Source: Catajapyx aquilonaris (lineage: Eukaryota). Taken from it: a DNA stretch of 44,820 nt. Where the stretch lies: positions 62,001 to 106,820 of the forward strand of contig KZ538179.1 of the NCBI GenBank assembly GCA_000934665.2, written 5' to 3'. Numbering within the stretch: position 1 is the stretch's first letter; the number at the start of each line of letters is the position of its first letter. The notes beneath the pieces were generated by a model that saw nothing but the letters and a program-made list of their open reading frames with translations, was not told the DNA's origin and did no database searches. The translations under genes were made by a program, and so were the position numbers. Below, piece after piece: positions 25,501-38,385 of the stretch.

Positions 25501-28500
25501 GATCATTGCTATTTTTTTCTCTTTTCATGGGAGCTGCATCTCACATTCAGGTCTTGCAAGTACTAGTTCAACACTAAGTGTTAAGGGGCGGCATGGTGGT
25601 CTAGCGGTTACGCCGCTGGCCAGCCAAGCGGGAGGCCGGGGTTCAAATCCCGTCCCCGTCACCTCTGCTTGGCCGGGTCTTTTTCCGCTTTTCACCCGAC
25701 ATGCCGAAGCAGAATTGCACTCCCTTCTCTGCTCGGGGCCAGGAGAAAAGGCCTGGTGTTAAAGAATGTCAGAAATGGCTATCGCACGGCGCCCTCCCTT
25801 GGGAACTTCCCCTTCCCCCCTAAGAGGGCCACGAGCTCTATCACGGGGTAACAAAAAAAAAAAAAAAAAAAAACTAAGTGTTAAGGTGTTTGAGTAAAAA
25901 CCTGTGTACATCCTGTCTTATGAATCCATCCATGGATTTTGCTACCCATGTTGTGGAGTTGAAAGCTTTTTCTGCATATTTGATGCTGTTTTTGCACATT
26001 GTGAGGAGGGTGAAAAAGCTGCCATGCAGAATGAGGCAAGACATGTGCCTCTTTTTTTCTCATGCAGTGTTGATGAACTTGATTGGAAAAGGCATCTAGT
26101 GCATACTGAATTATTCATTTGACTTTATCATTGGATTTTCTTCACTAATTTATGCATTATTTTAAAGATGTGTTAGCAGACGTTACTTGAGAAATATTAT
26201 TGGAACACTATTCATTGCAACAAAAAAATATGTTCATCCTGCTGCAAAGTTGCAATGTTAATAATATTACATGTGGTAAAATATGCATTAATTTATATTG
26301 CCGATTTTGTTATCTTCTAGAAAGTACTTCAGCCTCAAGTTGAAAGCAGCTTCAAAGAGCCAGTGCCTGCAGAAGGGAACCAGAAACCAGCAGAAAAAGA
26401 AAGAGAAGAGGACCAGCAGGCTTCCGGCAGTCAAAGTGAAAGGTAACATGCCAAATGGCACTTTTATTTCAAGTTTATTTACTTCCTCATATTGGAATGC
26501 CTGCGCATCATTTGTGCTACCCAGATGTTGCCCAATTTTTGGCATAGCCCCAAGCATAGGGGAAGCACTTGTGTTGTTGTTGTTTTCTTTCCGAGATACA
26601 TTACAAAGGTTAAAGAATCGATGTATTTGGAATTTGGCTCCCAACCGTGGAATGAAAGACGACCTGCCTAATCAGAAGGCGTGTGATGTGACAGTCCAAA
26701 GTACACACGTTATTAATGTCCACACGTTGATAATGACCTATAAAAGCATGCATAAGGGTAAGCTGCAGGGAAGCCCATAATAGGGGACAAGAAACAGGGC
26801 TGCGTTCCACTTGAGGCTATAAATGACAGCTAAGAAAAGGTTGTTCCCCCGAGGTGAGGCCCCTGTGTCGAGAGGAAGGGGCCAGCAACCTTGGGCAGTC
26901 AGCCTCATGAGATTTCTGTCAGGGGGTGGGTAGAAGTGGGTGGGGTCTAATATGTGAGTGTGTAACGAGGGGACGAAAAGAGATGAGATGTTTGCACCAG
27001 ACATGGCCTGTGCTTCCTCGACTCTCCAGCGGGTAAAAAAATAAAAAAAAGGAATATCAGGAGGAAATGAATGATAAAACCAGGCGACCCAGTGCTGTAC
27101 ACAGACTTGTTACAGTCTGGTCTGGCCTATTGCGAAGTTGTTTGCAGGATTCTCGTGCCAAATTTCAGTGCACATAAATTTTTGGCCAACTGGAAAATCC
27201 GGATGACTAAGGAGGAAAAACCATTTTCGGGGTCGGAATGGTGTGACCCTCTTTTCTGTCGCATAGCATGTCGTTGGTCTGGTGAAAGCAATTTTTGCTT
27301 TAATTGGAAGCCCTTTCTTGTGTGGCGAAAGAGAATGCTGTCGATTCTGGCAAGGCAATTTAGTGGAAATCCACGGGAAGTTGGCTATGCAGGAATTGCG
27401 CTTTCAAGTTCATTGCGGAAACTGTGCAGACGACCTTCTGAACATAAGTTGCGTGACTCGCCCAAGTCGCGAATTTGAGCTAATGCCATTGTAATGCCAT
27501 GATAATTGACAGAAGTTTACTATCTCAGTGGAATTAATGTGGTGCCTAATTTTAATTGTAAAAATGAATCTTGTGCATTGTGCTAGTTTCCTTCATATCA
27601 GTTATTTAGGTTTATTACATGAGCACATCTGAATAATTTACAGCAAAAGTGTGGGCTGCATCGTAAAATTTATGAGCAATATCATAATTACATATTGTTA
27701 GTACTAATGACATTATCGGACTTAAAGATTAGCAGTTCCTTTGTGTTCGTTGTGCTGGGCAAACATTAATAACGAAAGCCCCGCGTGGAAGTGAGTCATC
27801 CAAAAAAATAAATCGCATGCAGGATTTCTACAATCTACGCGATACTTGTAGGTAAGGCATAGACCTCTCTGCGAAATACCAGCACACGCCCCAGGCCACG
27901 AGGATTCCCCCCAATCGCTGGGAAATAATATAATTACACTTGATGACCCTGCGGTTGTGAAAACGAGAGTCAAGGTGAATCGCAGATTGTACGTAATTAT
28001 GCATATTAGGCGGGTATTTTTAGCTGGTACAGTGGTACGTGAGGTCAGTTAACCGGAGAGGATGATGCCCACATGCCCACGTGCATCGCAATGACCGAGC
28101 ATTGCTTGTTCAGCATCACGAGTGGATGTGGAAGCAATAAGACGTTTAATGACCTTGAGCTGATGACCGCCACTATTTTTTGACCTGCTTTGTATACCAC
28201 ATCATGGCGTGGGGGTGGGATGGTTGTGTTCCATTAGGTCAATATGCGTCCTTGAGGTTGAGGAATCGATTGGCAAGGGAGACCCTGAAGCTCACCCCCC
28301 TCTAGTAAGAAAATGAGTTGTGTTGGTTGCCACAACCTTCGATCCTTCGATGCTGGCCTCACGTAATGTGTGTGGTGGTATCATATGGAACCAAGCTCAA
28401 TTTTAATGCATATGCGACGTATACATTTTTCATGAGCACGTGCGCCGAGGGTGTGTCAGGTGTATTATCACTCCCTGGGGCTGGGAGATATCCTCAACGT

Positions 28501-31500
28501 ATTTCTGGATAACCTGATGGTCGTTGAGGGTCACAAGGGGGATGGTATGACCGAGGGTATGACGCAATGAGCAGGAGGCAGTGACACTAAACAAACATTG
28601 ATTGCAATGCCGTATTCATCAAGAAGTGTATTTGCTTAATTGCTAAGACGAAATTGTGTGTTGTTTTCTTTCGTTGACGTCGTATTTACTCGCAGGCTTA
28701 TAGGCATTTTTCGACACAATTGGGTTCCGACCTTGAAGGCAAATGAGGCGAGGAGCGTTGCGAATGCAGTTAGCTTTATTGTTTGGAAAGTATTTTTAGA
28801 AACATTTTGCATAATTTCGTTAATAAATTAAGCCATAACTGCCCGTGAGTTTGCGTCACTTTGATAAAAAGGAACGGACGATAACCAGTATTGTTAGAAA
28901 AATTCCCAAAGTGTATCGTATCGGCATTCTGAGCATTCTTGGCTTGAACTTGATTAAATGCGATTACGTTTCCTGGTAGTGTTACTGTTATCCGTCGAGA
29001 GGTCAGCTAGGTTAAATAAGGCAGGCTGCTCAACTTCTGTATCTTGCATTACTTAAGAGTTTGAATTTTAAAGCAGTGTTTGCGTCGCGCGCCAGGGAAG
29101 CACAGCATCTGCTGCATTACATTAGTACGCTCAGAAGCGTGTCAATCATTTTGCAACAACAGTGCTTGCAAGTCACTCTCAAACGAATTGTGACGATGAC
29201 GTACCGGTACCTAACGGGTATTAACATCAGCTGCCAGTGAGATATTGTAATGTACACTGACTGTGTATTGTGCTATTGCTGCTATATGAGAACATATTTC
29301 AGAGAAAATACGATAAAGGGCCTAGCTCGTTATACATACTAAAAAACCACAATTACGGCATGATAGCAATCGAATAATGTCTGGAGAGAAACTTGGCTGC
29401 CTGGGTAGAAAATCGAGGCATTGACTTTATGGATAGATGTNGGGGGGGGACCCTGTGATTTGACTAGAGGGGGCTATCCTCCAAACCGCGACATATTTTC
29501 ACTGCCCAGGGGCCCGCGGTGCCTTGCAATCAACTCCGGATATGACATTGGTCTTCTTATCGGCTGCCGTCTGTTATATCGCAGTGTCATTTATCGTCCG
29601 CCCAGGGATTGTCTTCCGGCTGGGATGGAGGCTGTTCAAAGTGGGTCATGTCCACGCATCGGCGAGTTACAACTTCAAGAAAAAATGCGTGTATTTCTAA
29701 TGATGTAACCATCTAGTGGCGCCTGCTTACCGGCACCGGCATCGTTTTTCACGGCGATTCCATATATGTGGAGGTCGCATCCGATATTGAAAACAACAGC
29801 TCCTGGCACGGAACTGCCAGCAGTAAATTCCCCCTCCAGCTATTGTTATTAATCCGGCCGGTCACGTATATGGATAACAGAGGGTACAATGAGTGCAGAT
29901 ACGTGCAGAATGCGAGGCATGCGAGGCTGGCAGCCAATAGTAAAGTTCCGGATTGCGTAATCATCCGCTGACGTGTCTTTAGAATCCCCCCCACGTGGTG
30001 TGGCGCCAAATATGTTTTGCACGGAGCAGGTGGCACAAGGCATTTTAATTTCGGAAGTAATCCCACAGCGTCTGGTTAAATCCATCACCTAATTATGTCC
30101 CGATTCCCCTTGAGGACCTGTTGGGCAAGTGATCTCCCGGGTCCTGAGCATCTGGCAATCAGAACCGAGTAGGGTAGGTCAAGGAAGGAGGAGGGGGGGG
30201 GGCCCTCGACGGTGAGAGAAAGGGTTTAGGTCGGAGTACTTGAGACGGAGTAGGGGCATTTCATTTTGCGGAGATGCGGAGGGTGGATGCGGGGCTCTCC
30301 TACAGGGAGTGCGGGTGTGCCCTGGGCGACGACTGTGCCGCTTGCCCGCCCGGGACATTGGCTTGCGACAAGTGGTGGCCACTCTTGCTGAACTTGGTGG
30401 TTGCTTACTTGGCCGTGGTGCTGCTGCTTCACGGGGGTGCTTTCGTCACTTACACCAGGTATCACTTGGAAGTGACTAGATAACGTTAATTTCTGTCTTG
30501 TGATATTGGGAAGCATCTAGGGTTAATGGTTTGTCACATGTTACTGTAGTAAAAAAAACAACCATGGTTTGGCTGCATTGCCAGGTAGGGATCTGGAGCA
30601 GGCTTTTTGCCAAGGTTACCTGTATTGACGTTTGGAGGGCAAAATTGACAACTACCACATATGGCATTGTAATTGTGGTAGTTGCTTCATTGGTGATGTG
30701 TTTGGACTTTTTTTAGTAGCAAATACTATTGGTGCTATTAATATGTGCTGGTCCTATTTGCATGTGGAAGATTTTATTTGCTAAATATTGTCTTTATTTC
30801 CGTAGGTTTTCTCAGTCAACTTTACAAAAGTCACCACCTGAAGTCAGTAATGCAGAAGCATTGGAAAGCACCCAACCTGTTCTTGAATCAAAGGAGTCTG
30901 AGACCTTCCATCAATCTCCATCAGAGTTGAGCGGAAGTGGAAACATCAGTTCAGAAAGTGTAGACACACTGGATGAGTTGGTAGATCAGTTGGTTCAGGA
31001 TTCCAGTGGGAAAAGTCAAGTAGAAAAGTCTGAGGAGCAAGTGCAAAAAGGAGACGAAGAAAAGCCGAGTTCTGATGAACAGTATGTTGTGCGAGCTCAA
31101 CCAAAAACTGTAGTGGAGAAAACTGAGGAAGGAGAAGATGTGAAATTATGGACTATCCCAGCTGATGGTTCGATTCAAATTGAAGGTATGACACATTCAT
31201 AGAGTGTGTAGAGAAGGAAAATGACAAAACAAACAGATGCATCAGGAGATGAATGGAGTTGTTCCCTCAATGATTGCAATATTAAATATTTTTATGCACA
31301 TGCCGTAGTGGTTGATGGCATGTATCCTTTCTTGCACAGTTGGTGTCTAAAACGATGTGAACCAGTTTATAAATTATTATCAGGCAGATTGGGATAGTGG
31401 CTTAATTTAGCCCATCAGTAAAGGGAAGTTTATACAATCAGGACACACCAGCTTCCTGGTTATGTGGAAGGATAAAATATGCGTTTACTTTTGTGGCATG

Positions 31501-34500
31501 ATGTATACCTTTATACACCTGTCCAATTCTGACCAAATATCACAAGTATCGTAATGGTAACGGTGCCTTATAGTGGAACTGTTTCCCATTGAGGCTGTAC
31601 AAGTACAATATTTAATTCAGTGGGGGAGGCGGAGTGGCGCTGCGGTAACGTAAGCTCCCACGGATGTTAAGGTCCCGGGTTCGAACCTAATGAGGGGCCT
31701 TCCATTTATTTGCGGATACTTAGAACGTTTTAGATTATTTCTTTCAATGTGAGTTTAAAAAACAACTGCAGTATTATATTTGACAGTCTTACCCTCTAAT
31801 GAGGAATAATTTGTTTGCCTGACTAATAGAACAATGCAAAATCTATTTCAGGGAGAGAAGAAGGATCAGTTGAAAATGTCCTGATTCCCCCACCAGGTGA
31901 TAATAGTAAGAGGAACATGACTTATGACGAGGAAGGAACACGGGTCATTGATTCAGTCACAGAAAATGCCGTTACTGAGGACATACCATCCTTCAGTGAA
32001 TGGGCCCAAAAGCAGCTGGCTGAGGCAGAGCGAAAGAAAGGAGGTAAGGAAGTAATTACAGTGAAAGCTTGGATGCTTAGGATTTGACAAGAATCTCAGC
32101 AACTCGTTTTATTTCAGGCCACAACATGACTGGAGGAGGAAATGGTCAGTCCAGAACAACTGTTTCTCAGAAGCTACGATCAAAAAACTATGCCTCACCA
32201 GATTGTGGGGCAAAAATAATTGCAGCAAATGTGGAGGCTCAGAATCCAAGTGCAGTGATTAGTCACAGTAGAGATGAATACATGCTCAATGTGTGCACCA
32301 ATAAAGTTTGGTTTGTAATCGAGCTGTGTGAAGGGATCCAGGCAAAAAAGGTAGGAGATTGCGCTTAGTTGTAAAGAATGCACTGTCATGCACCACAATA
32401 TCAGTCTTAAATGACAATAGTATAATGAAAAAACAATCATGCAGTGATTTGTCATACTTAAGCTAACCATTTGTGTAATTTCTACTTATTCTACCTGAGT
32501 GTGTCCCAGGAGAATAGACTGTGTGATAGGATAGCATGTGAAAGTGAAGTTGTGTCCATTTCCTTGCAGGTTGAGATTGCCAATTTTGAATTGTTTTCAT
32601 CATCGCCAAGGGACTTTGTGGTTTCAATCAGTGATCGGTACCCAACCAGAGATTGGAGGTCAGTAGGGGTCTTCACTGCAGAGGATGAGAGAAATGTTCA
32701 GAATTTTAGCCTTTCCCAGCACCTCTTTGGAAAGTTTGTGAAGGTAGGTGACTTGAACCTGCGCATCTGTCCTTCAATTACTGAGGAACATGCAATATTA
32801 TAAGTGCCTGGCCAACCAGCAAGGAAAAGAATGGATTCTTTGTGCCTTCAACATGTAAATTGAAGTGCCTTCTTGGATATTCAAGTTACACTCTTGTTGC
32901 TTAAGAATGATGGAATAGCCCTAGAGGCTGTGTAGAAGTGAGGAGGGAGTAGGAAAGGTGTGTAGGGAAGGCTTGCTGATCCATTGGTTAGTGTCATGCA
33001 ACCACAGACTAGTTCAGTAGTAGACATAGGCTTAATATTCTGTACAGAAATACTTTTTCAGATTCTTGATAAACTATTTTGTTAACCAAGTCTTCCTGGT
33101 ATTTAATGCTGATTTGCCAGGGCCAGGGCTGCTTAGCTTGATCTAAGTGGATAAGTTGGGAGGACAAGGATATGGATATCCTTCATTGGGCAGCATTCAC
33201 TGCTACTTGTAATGCATCACCATGTGCAGTTTAGAAGTGCTTCTCATTACTGACCATCAGTCTGCATGCATGGTACTTGCTGAAATATGTTAAAAAGGAA
33301 ACCATTTATTGCTCTGCATGCCTCTTCAATATGACTTTGCCTTTGTGTCCATATAATGTGAGGTGAGGTGACTGTTTCATCTCCTTGAGTTGAAGTAAGA
33401 GATGGATTTATTTTAATCGTGTAGGTATTGCTCAGTGTTCTGAAGTTGTGAGGCAATGTCCTGGGGATGAAAGTTATGTAAAATGTGCAGTACTTTCTAA
33501 AAGGCATTGAAGTGCAGTTGCACTTGGTGACCTGATGACATGATTGTGTACCTAAGCCCACTTCTTATCATTTAGGTTGAACTGAGCTCTCACTATGGTT
33601 CTGAGCACTACTGCCCTGTGTCACTTTTTCGAGTCTATGGCGCAAGTGAGTATGAGGTGTTGGACCGAGAGGATGAGCATGCGGAGAATGCAGTGGAAAG
33701 TGACATTGATGATGACGACGAGACACTGGGTAAGTAGATTTTGGGTATAGGGCTGCACAGCATTGGTTATGCTTCACCCAAATTGTTGCCAGTAGGTGAG
33801 AATGCTTCTTCACCTTCTCCTGCAGAGGATTTTGGAGGAGGTGGAAACCAACAGCAACCACAGAACTTGTTTGGAAGTGCTCGAGATGCTGTCATGAGTA
33901 TTGTCAAGAAGGCTGCACAGGCTCTTGTTAAAGGAGGTAAATATTATTGACACTTTTAACGTTTACACAGATGAATTATGAACTCGTCTGGTGTAAGGTG
34001 ACGCAATTTCTTTATGGGTTGGCAGTTGGAAAACTTGTAGAAGAGGGCTATGCGAATCTCAGGCTGACTTTCTAACCTGTTTCCTTTTCTTTGACCTTCC
34101 TGGCTTATCCATCATCACGATGCATCAAATCACCTGACTCAGTCAGATGAGTCCATAATTCCTGTTAACCATCATAACTGCACAATCATCACTAGCGAGG
34201 TATTTCAGCCACTGTTTAATGCAAGTGTTAGTGTAATTTATATTGGGGAATGTCTTTGATTACCTCTTATGTTATTTTTAGCTAGTAGGTCTAACAAAAT
34301 AATGACATTTTGAAATAAAGCCTAGCTGATAAAATCAGATTTGAAATTTTTAACTGCCATATTCACACATCCATGGTGTCATGTCATGAGTGACGTACAT
34401 GCCCATTGTCAAGAGAGACAGGCAGGTTAGTAAATTATCTGGTAACAATTGATCAAAAGTGAAATTCACCGTCACAAGGAGAGGGAAGGATGCTTGCCAT

Positions 34501-37500
34501 AGTTTCAACATCTTTGGCTATTCATTTTACCAGAATTTGTGTGTGCACAAGAATGCTTGTCATGCATGCAGGCATAACAAGGTTAAATACATTTCAAAGG
34601 ACTGTTTGGGGTACTGAGGGTTATCGCTTCCTTGGTCTGAGAGCATGAAAAGAACACATGCCGTTCGGCAGGCTGAAAATTGCCAGGAGGCAATTAATTG
34701 GTGGCTATTTCTTTTGTGGTTGCATTTCCCATTACAGATTAATAAAATCTAAACCTTGCACTTGTATGCTTTCTGAGGGGAAACTCCCTCTGTGAGCATA
34801 AAAACAAAAACCTGAGGGAGATGAAAACACCCTTCACATTTTAAAAGGACTGAAATACTCAATAGATAGGAAATACTGAGTTTCATTGATTCCTCCTGCG
34901 TTATTTGGATCAACTTTCATCCAAAATTGTGGCAGTCCAGGAGAAAAAAAGGCACTCCTGGGACTTATCATCTGTGTATACTAATAGTAACATGTAGTGA
35001 GGTACTCAAAATTTTTAGTTCTACAGTACATGTGTTAGGTGGCTGGTTTGACATTGCTAAATTATTGAACTTGGGTGTAGGCTCTGGTGAAGGGCATGCA
35101 AAATAGTTTCTCTAAATCTGAATACTGAATAAACTATTTTTCAGACACAAAAGAGCAGAGCAACACACTGGAATTAGGAATGGCCTCCTTGAGCTGCAAC
35201 TACTCATCATGTGTGACTCCTGTGCATCAGGTCGTGTGCCACAATTGCTCCATACCATTTTTCGACCGCCTGTATGACCTCTTTAGCTGTGCTTATGAAG
35301 ATCTCCGCAGGACCAAACGAGGAATGTGGGACCTTGTGCGGGACGGTGGTGTTTGCTATTCTTTTGGGCTAGAGCTGCCAGCCTATCTCCAGAGCACCCC
35401 ATATGACAACCGGGTGCCTTATTTGATGGCATTAATATCACAGGTTAGAAGAAATTTATCCACTAGGGACAAATATTTTGGCCATCCATTTCTATGATCA
35501 GAACTTGTCTAGAGGTCACTCCTTGAACTTGTCCATAGGACCATGGCACAGGGCGAATGGGAGTCCTTTTGACTAGTCCTAAACTACTAAAGACTTTAAG
35601 AGGAGCCAAATTGGCAAGACCATTAGCCTACTTCAAAATTGGGTCATGGATCAGCATAGGTCACGATCTATTTGGGATGTATCAAGAAAATAAGACCCTT
35701 GCAAATTAACTGTTTGTCTCATACAGGAATACTTGGCTGCCCTATGTAATGTAATGGCAGAGGAAGATCGGAAGTTGCGTATGAACCTGACTCTATCAGG
35801 GAAGCTCCGTAAGGTGGATGGCATACAGAAGCAAGCTGATGAGACACCCATGGACTATTCTATTGATGGAAGTCAAGAGACCTGCTCATTGGAACCGACA
35901 AGGACAGATGATCCCCCTCCAACCCCTACAGCTGCTGACCCAACCCCAATTTCCACAGCAACGTTACATGTTGATCCCCACACAACTATCCCTCCATCCT
36001 TGGACTCATCTACAAATGTTCATACAGAGCAGCCAACTATACAGCCAACAAAAACATTGAAAGAAGAAGAGGTGGTGACAGTGGAGATGGTTCAGCAGCC
36101 GTTGGTTCCCACAAAAGCTAAGGGTACCAGCTCTCAAGTGGAGACAGTGGTGTCAAAGGAGTCAGCAAGTGTCACTGTCAATTTAGGAGAGCCAGAGAAG
36201 GCAGCAAAACCTGTGGCTGTGCCAGAGGTTCAGGAAGGTGAGGCAGTGACTGTTCCAAAGCCACCTGCACCTGATGGGAAGCCTCATAAGACATCGAATA
36301 AGGTGACTCAGAAAGAGGCTGTTAAGAAAGAAGATGTCACACCAGTAACACCACAGCAACCACAGGTGAGTTTATTGTTGTCTGAATGCTCACTTACTCT
36401 TAGAAATTGCCCCAGATTTTGAGACTTTTTTTTGCCACATTTGTAAGTGGTTAAGATGGGTTGACCTGATCTTATATGGTGAGGAACATTGAGGTCAGTG
36501 ACGTCGGGATGTAACAACATCTTGAAGAACCAGGTAAAATATCAAGTCATGATATGCATCATATTTGATCAGTTGAGCCACAATTGAATATTAATTATTT
36601 TCACGAAAAACTTGTGGTTATTTATTATTATTATTAGTATTGTGGATTAGTAGTATCATTTTCTGCACTTAGACTACTTGTGTTACTCAAATATCTAAAG
36701 TTTCATGTCAATTTAAAAATGCATTTTATTGATTTGTTTAGCTAAATTAAGCGATAGATTTGATGTAGGCCAAAGTCCAAATGGCAGGGCATTGTTGATC
36801 TCTTATTTTCTGCTGGGTCGTTATGGAGCACTGTCGACTGAGCTACAAACAGATGTTGCTTCCATGACTTGACATTTTTCTTGAGGATTTTTAAAACTGT
36901 GATTCTAAATGTCTCATCCCACCTATCTCTGCAGGTTGATGTAAACCTGGACTCCTTGTTCTCTGAAGTGGAGGCAACAATGGAAGGTGCTGCAGGTGAC
37001 AGCTCCAGTGCCGTCCCTGTGGGCACAATTCCCACTGTGCAGCAAGGCCAGAAGGAATCAGTCTTTGTGCGTTTGTCAAACAAGATCAAAGCCCTTGAAT
37101 TGAACCTGTCCTTGAGCAGCCAGTACCTGGAGGAGCTGAGCAGGCGTTACAAGAAGCAAATGGAGGAGCTTCAGAAGGCACTGAACAAGACCTCTGCCAC
37201 TGCCAATGACACTGCCAAGCAAGCTTCAGAATGGCAGAAGTTGCATAGGGAGGCAACCCTTACCCTTCAGGGGCAAGTGGACAACTTAACCCAAGCAGTA
37301 AAAAAGCTTACTGAGGACAGGGATTCCATCCATGGAAAGGTGAGCTTGGTCTGTTTGTTGTTGGCCATATTTGTACCCATTTTATCAGAGTGTGACAAGG
37401 TCATAAAATAGTACTATGGCACTATGTCGTAACAGACCTGGATGATTCAGTTATAGTCTGTAAGTAATTAATTTATCATAATGCCACTCACTTGTCATGT

Positions 37501-38385
37501 GACATTGTGTAAAAAGTCATGAAGTTCCAGTGCCATCTGGCTCATTCCGTAGTCTCTGTGCTAGTTAAAAATTGCTCATTTGCATTTTGAAAGGATTTTG
37601 ACACATGATGACAATTTCAGGTCCTAGGCCAGCACCTGGTGTTAATGCTGGTGGAGCTTGTGGCAATGGTGTTTGTGATTCGTTTTTGCTTGCGCCGCCA
37701 TGAACGCCGTCTCCTGAGCCATGTTCCCCCTCCACCGCCACGCAACACTACCTTCCGAGTTGGTTGTGTAAGCTCAGCATCACGCTTGCACACAAAGAAG
37801 AAGCCCAAGAAAACAGCCAATGCTGTTGAGCGGCGTCGCTCAGTGGAGGGTGTTAGTGGTCACGTGATCCCAACTATAAAGCCACGGCGACCCAGTGAAG
37901 AAGCCCTCAATATATCTGGGACCTACCAGAACCTACTGCTACCAGAGCAGTGTGAGGCACCTTTAAGGAAGAGGAGGAAGCGGCGGCGAGAGCTGCACAA
38001 GTCAGCCTCCAGCAACAACATAAATGGTGAAGTGGTTGAGGAAGAAGGGGAGATGGGAGATGGGGAAGGAATATCCATAATGGGGAGTTTTAAAGGGTTG
38101 GGAGCACCAGATGGGGTGGATGAAGAGTGGTGGGGGCAAGTAGAGGACAATAGTCGGACTTGGCATGGATTCCCGCCTGGCAGGCAGCGGATTCAGAGAA
38201 TTGTTGCAGAAGCTAAGGAGAGGAGAGAATCCGAGGCCTCCTCTGTTGCAGCACCAGTGGTACAAGTGCCGCTTACCAATGGCCTAAGAAAGGGAGGCAG
38301 TGGTGGCGTTGAAGCAAGTAAGGTCGCTAGAGGCAAGGCCAAAGCTGAGAGTGGACTCAGGAAAATTCTCAACAAGATCTTCTGA
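22579..38385 (+). CDS. SUCO: SUN domain-containing ossification factor (osteopotentia/Slp1 family), about 1279 aa
   Basis: Phase-consistent exons 22579-22646, 22800-23064, 26321-26442, 30806-31185, 31852-32043, 32118-32350, 32570-32743, 33576-33729, 33793-33936, 35145-35443, 35727-36365, 36935-37339 and 37621-38385. Signal-like N-terminus, EDIPSFSEW motif, mid-SUN domain (KNYASPDCGAKII...DEYMLN...WFVIELCE...IANFELFSSSPRDF...HYGSEHYCPVSLFRVYG), coiled coil KESVFVRLSNKIKALELNLSLSSQYLEELSRRYKKQMEE, TM helix and RRPSEEAL tail. Confidence 0.95.
24281..24640 (+). mobile_element. tRNA-derived SINE, family A, full length with TSD
   Basis: A-box-like TGGCGCCGCGG, B-box GGTTCAATCCC, (TAA)n tail, TSD ataatatatttagct at 24266-24280 and 24641-24655. 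Confidence 0.92.
25585..25872 (+). mobile_element. tRNA-derived SINE, family B, full length with TSD
   Basis: A-box TGGTCTAGCGG, B-box GGTTCAAATCC, poly(A) tail, TSD actaagtgttaagg at 25573-25586 and 25873-25886. Confidence 0.92.
30274..30458 (+). CDS. SUCO: Putative alternative first coding exon of SUCO (Cys-rich segment plus signal anchor)
   Basis: ATG-started MRRVDAG...DKWWPLLLNLVVAYLAVVLLLHGGAFVTYT ends AG|GTATCA in phase 2, matching the phase-2 acceptor at 30806. It lies in a CpG-rich island. Confidence 0.7.
31622..31690 (+). mobile_element. Truncated head of SINE family A
   Basis: ggggaggcggagtggcgctgcggtaacg...cacggatgttaaggtcccgggttcgaacc aligns to 24281-24350. Confidence 0.8.

Noticed and set aside
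26298..26780. 160-aa ORF
   Set aside because: The real SUCO exon 26321-26442 is in a different frame, fixed by splice phase. The ORF runs on into intron.
27071..27494. 135-aa ORF or possible pogo-like MITE
   Set aside because: No domain is recognisable and no convincing TIR pair was found.
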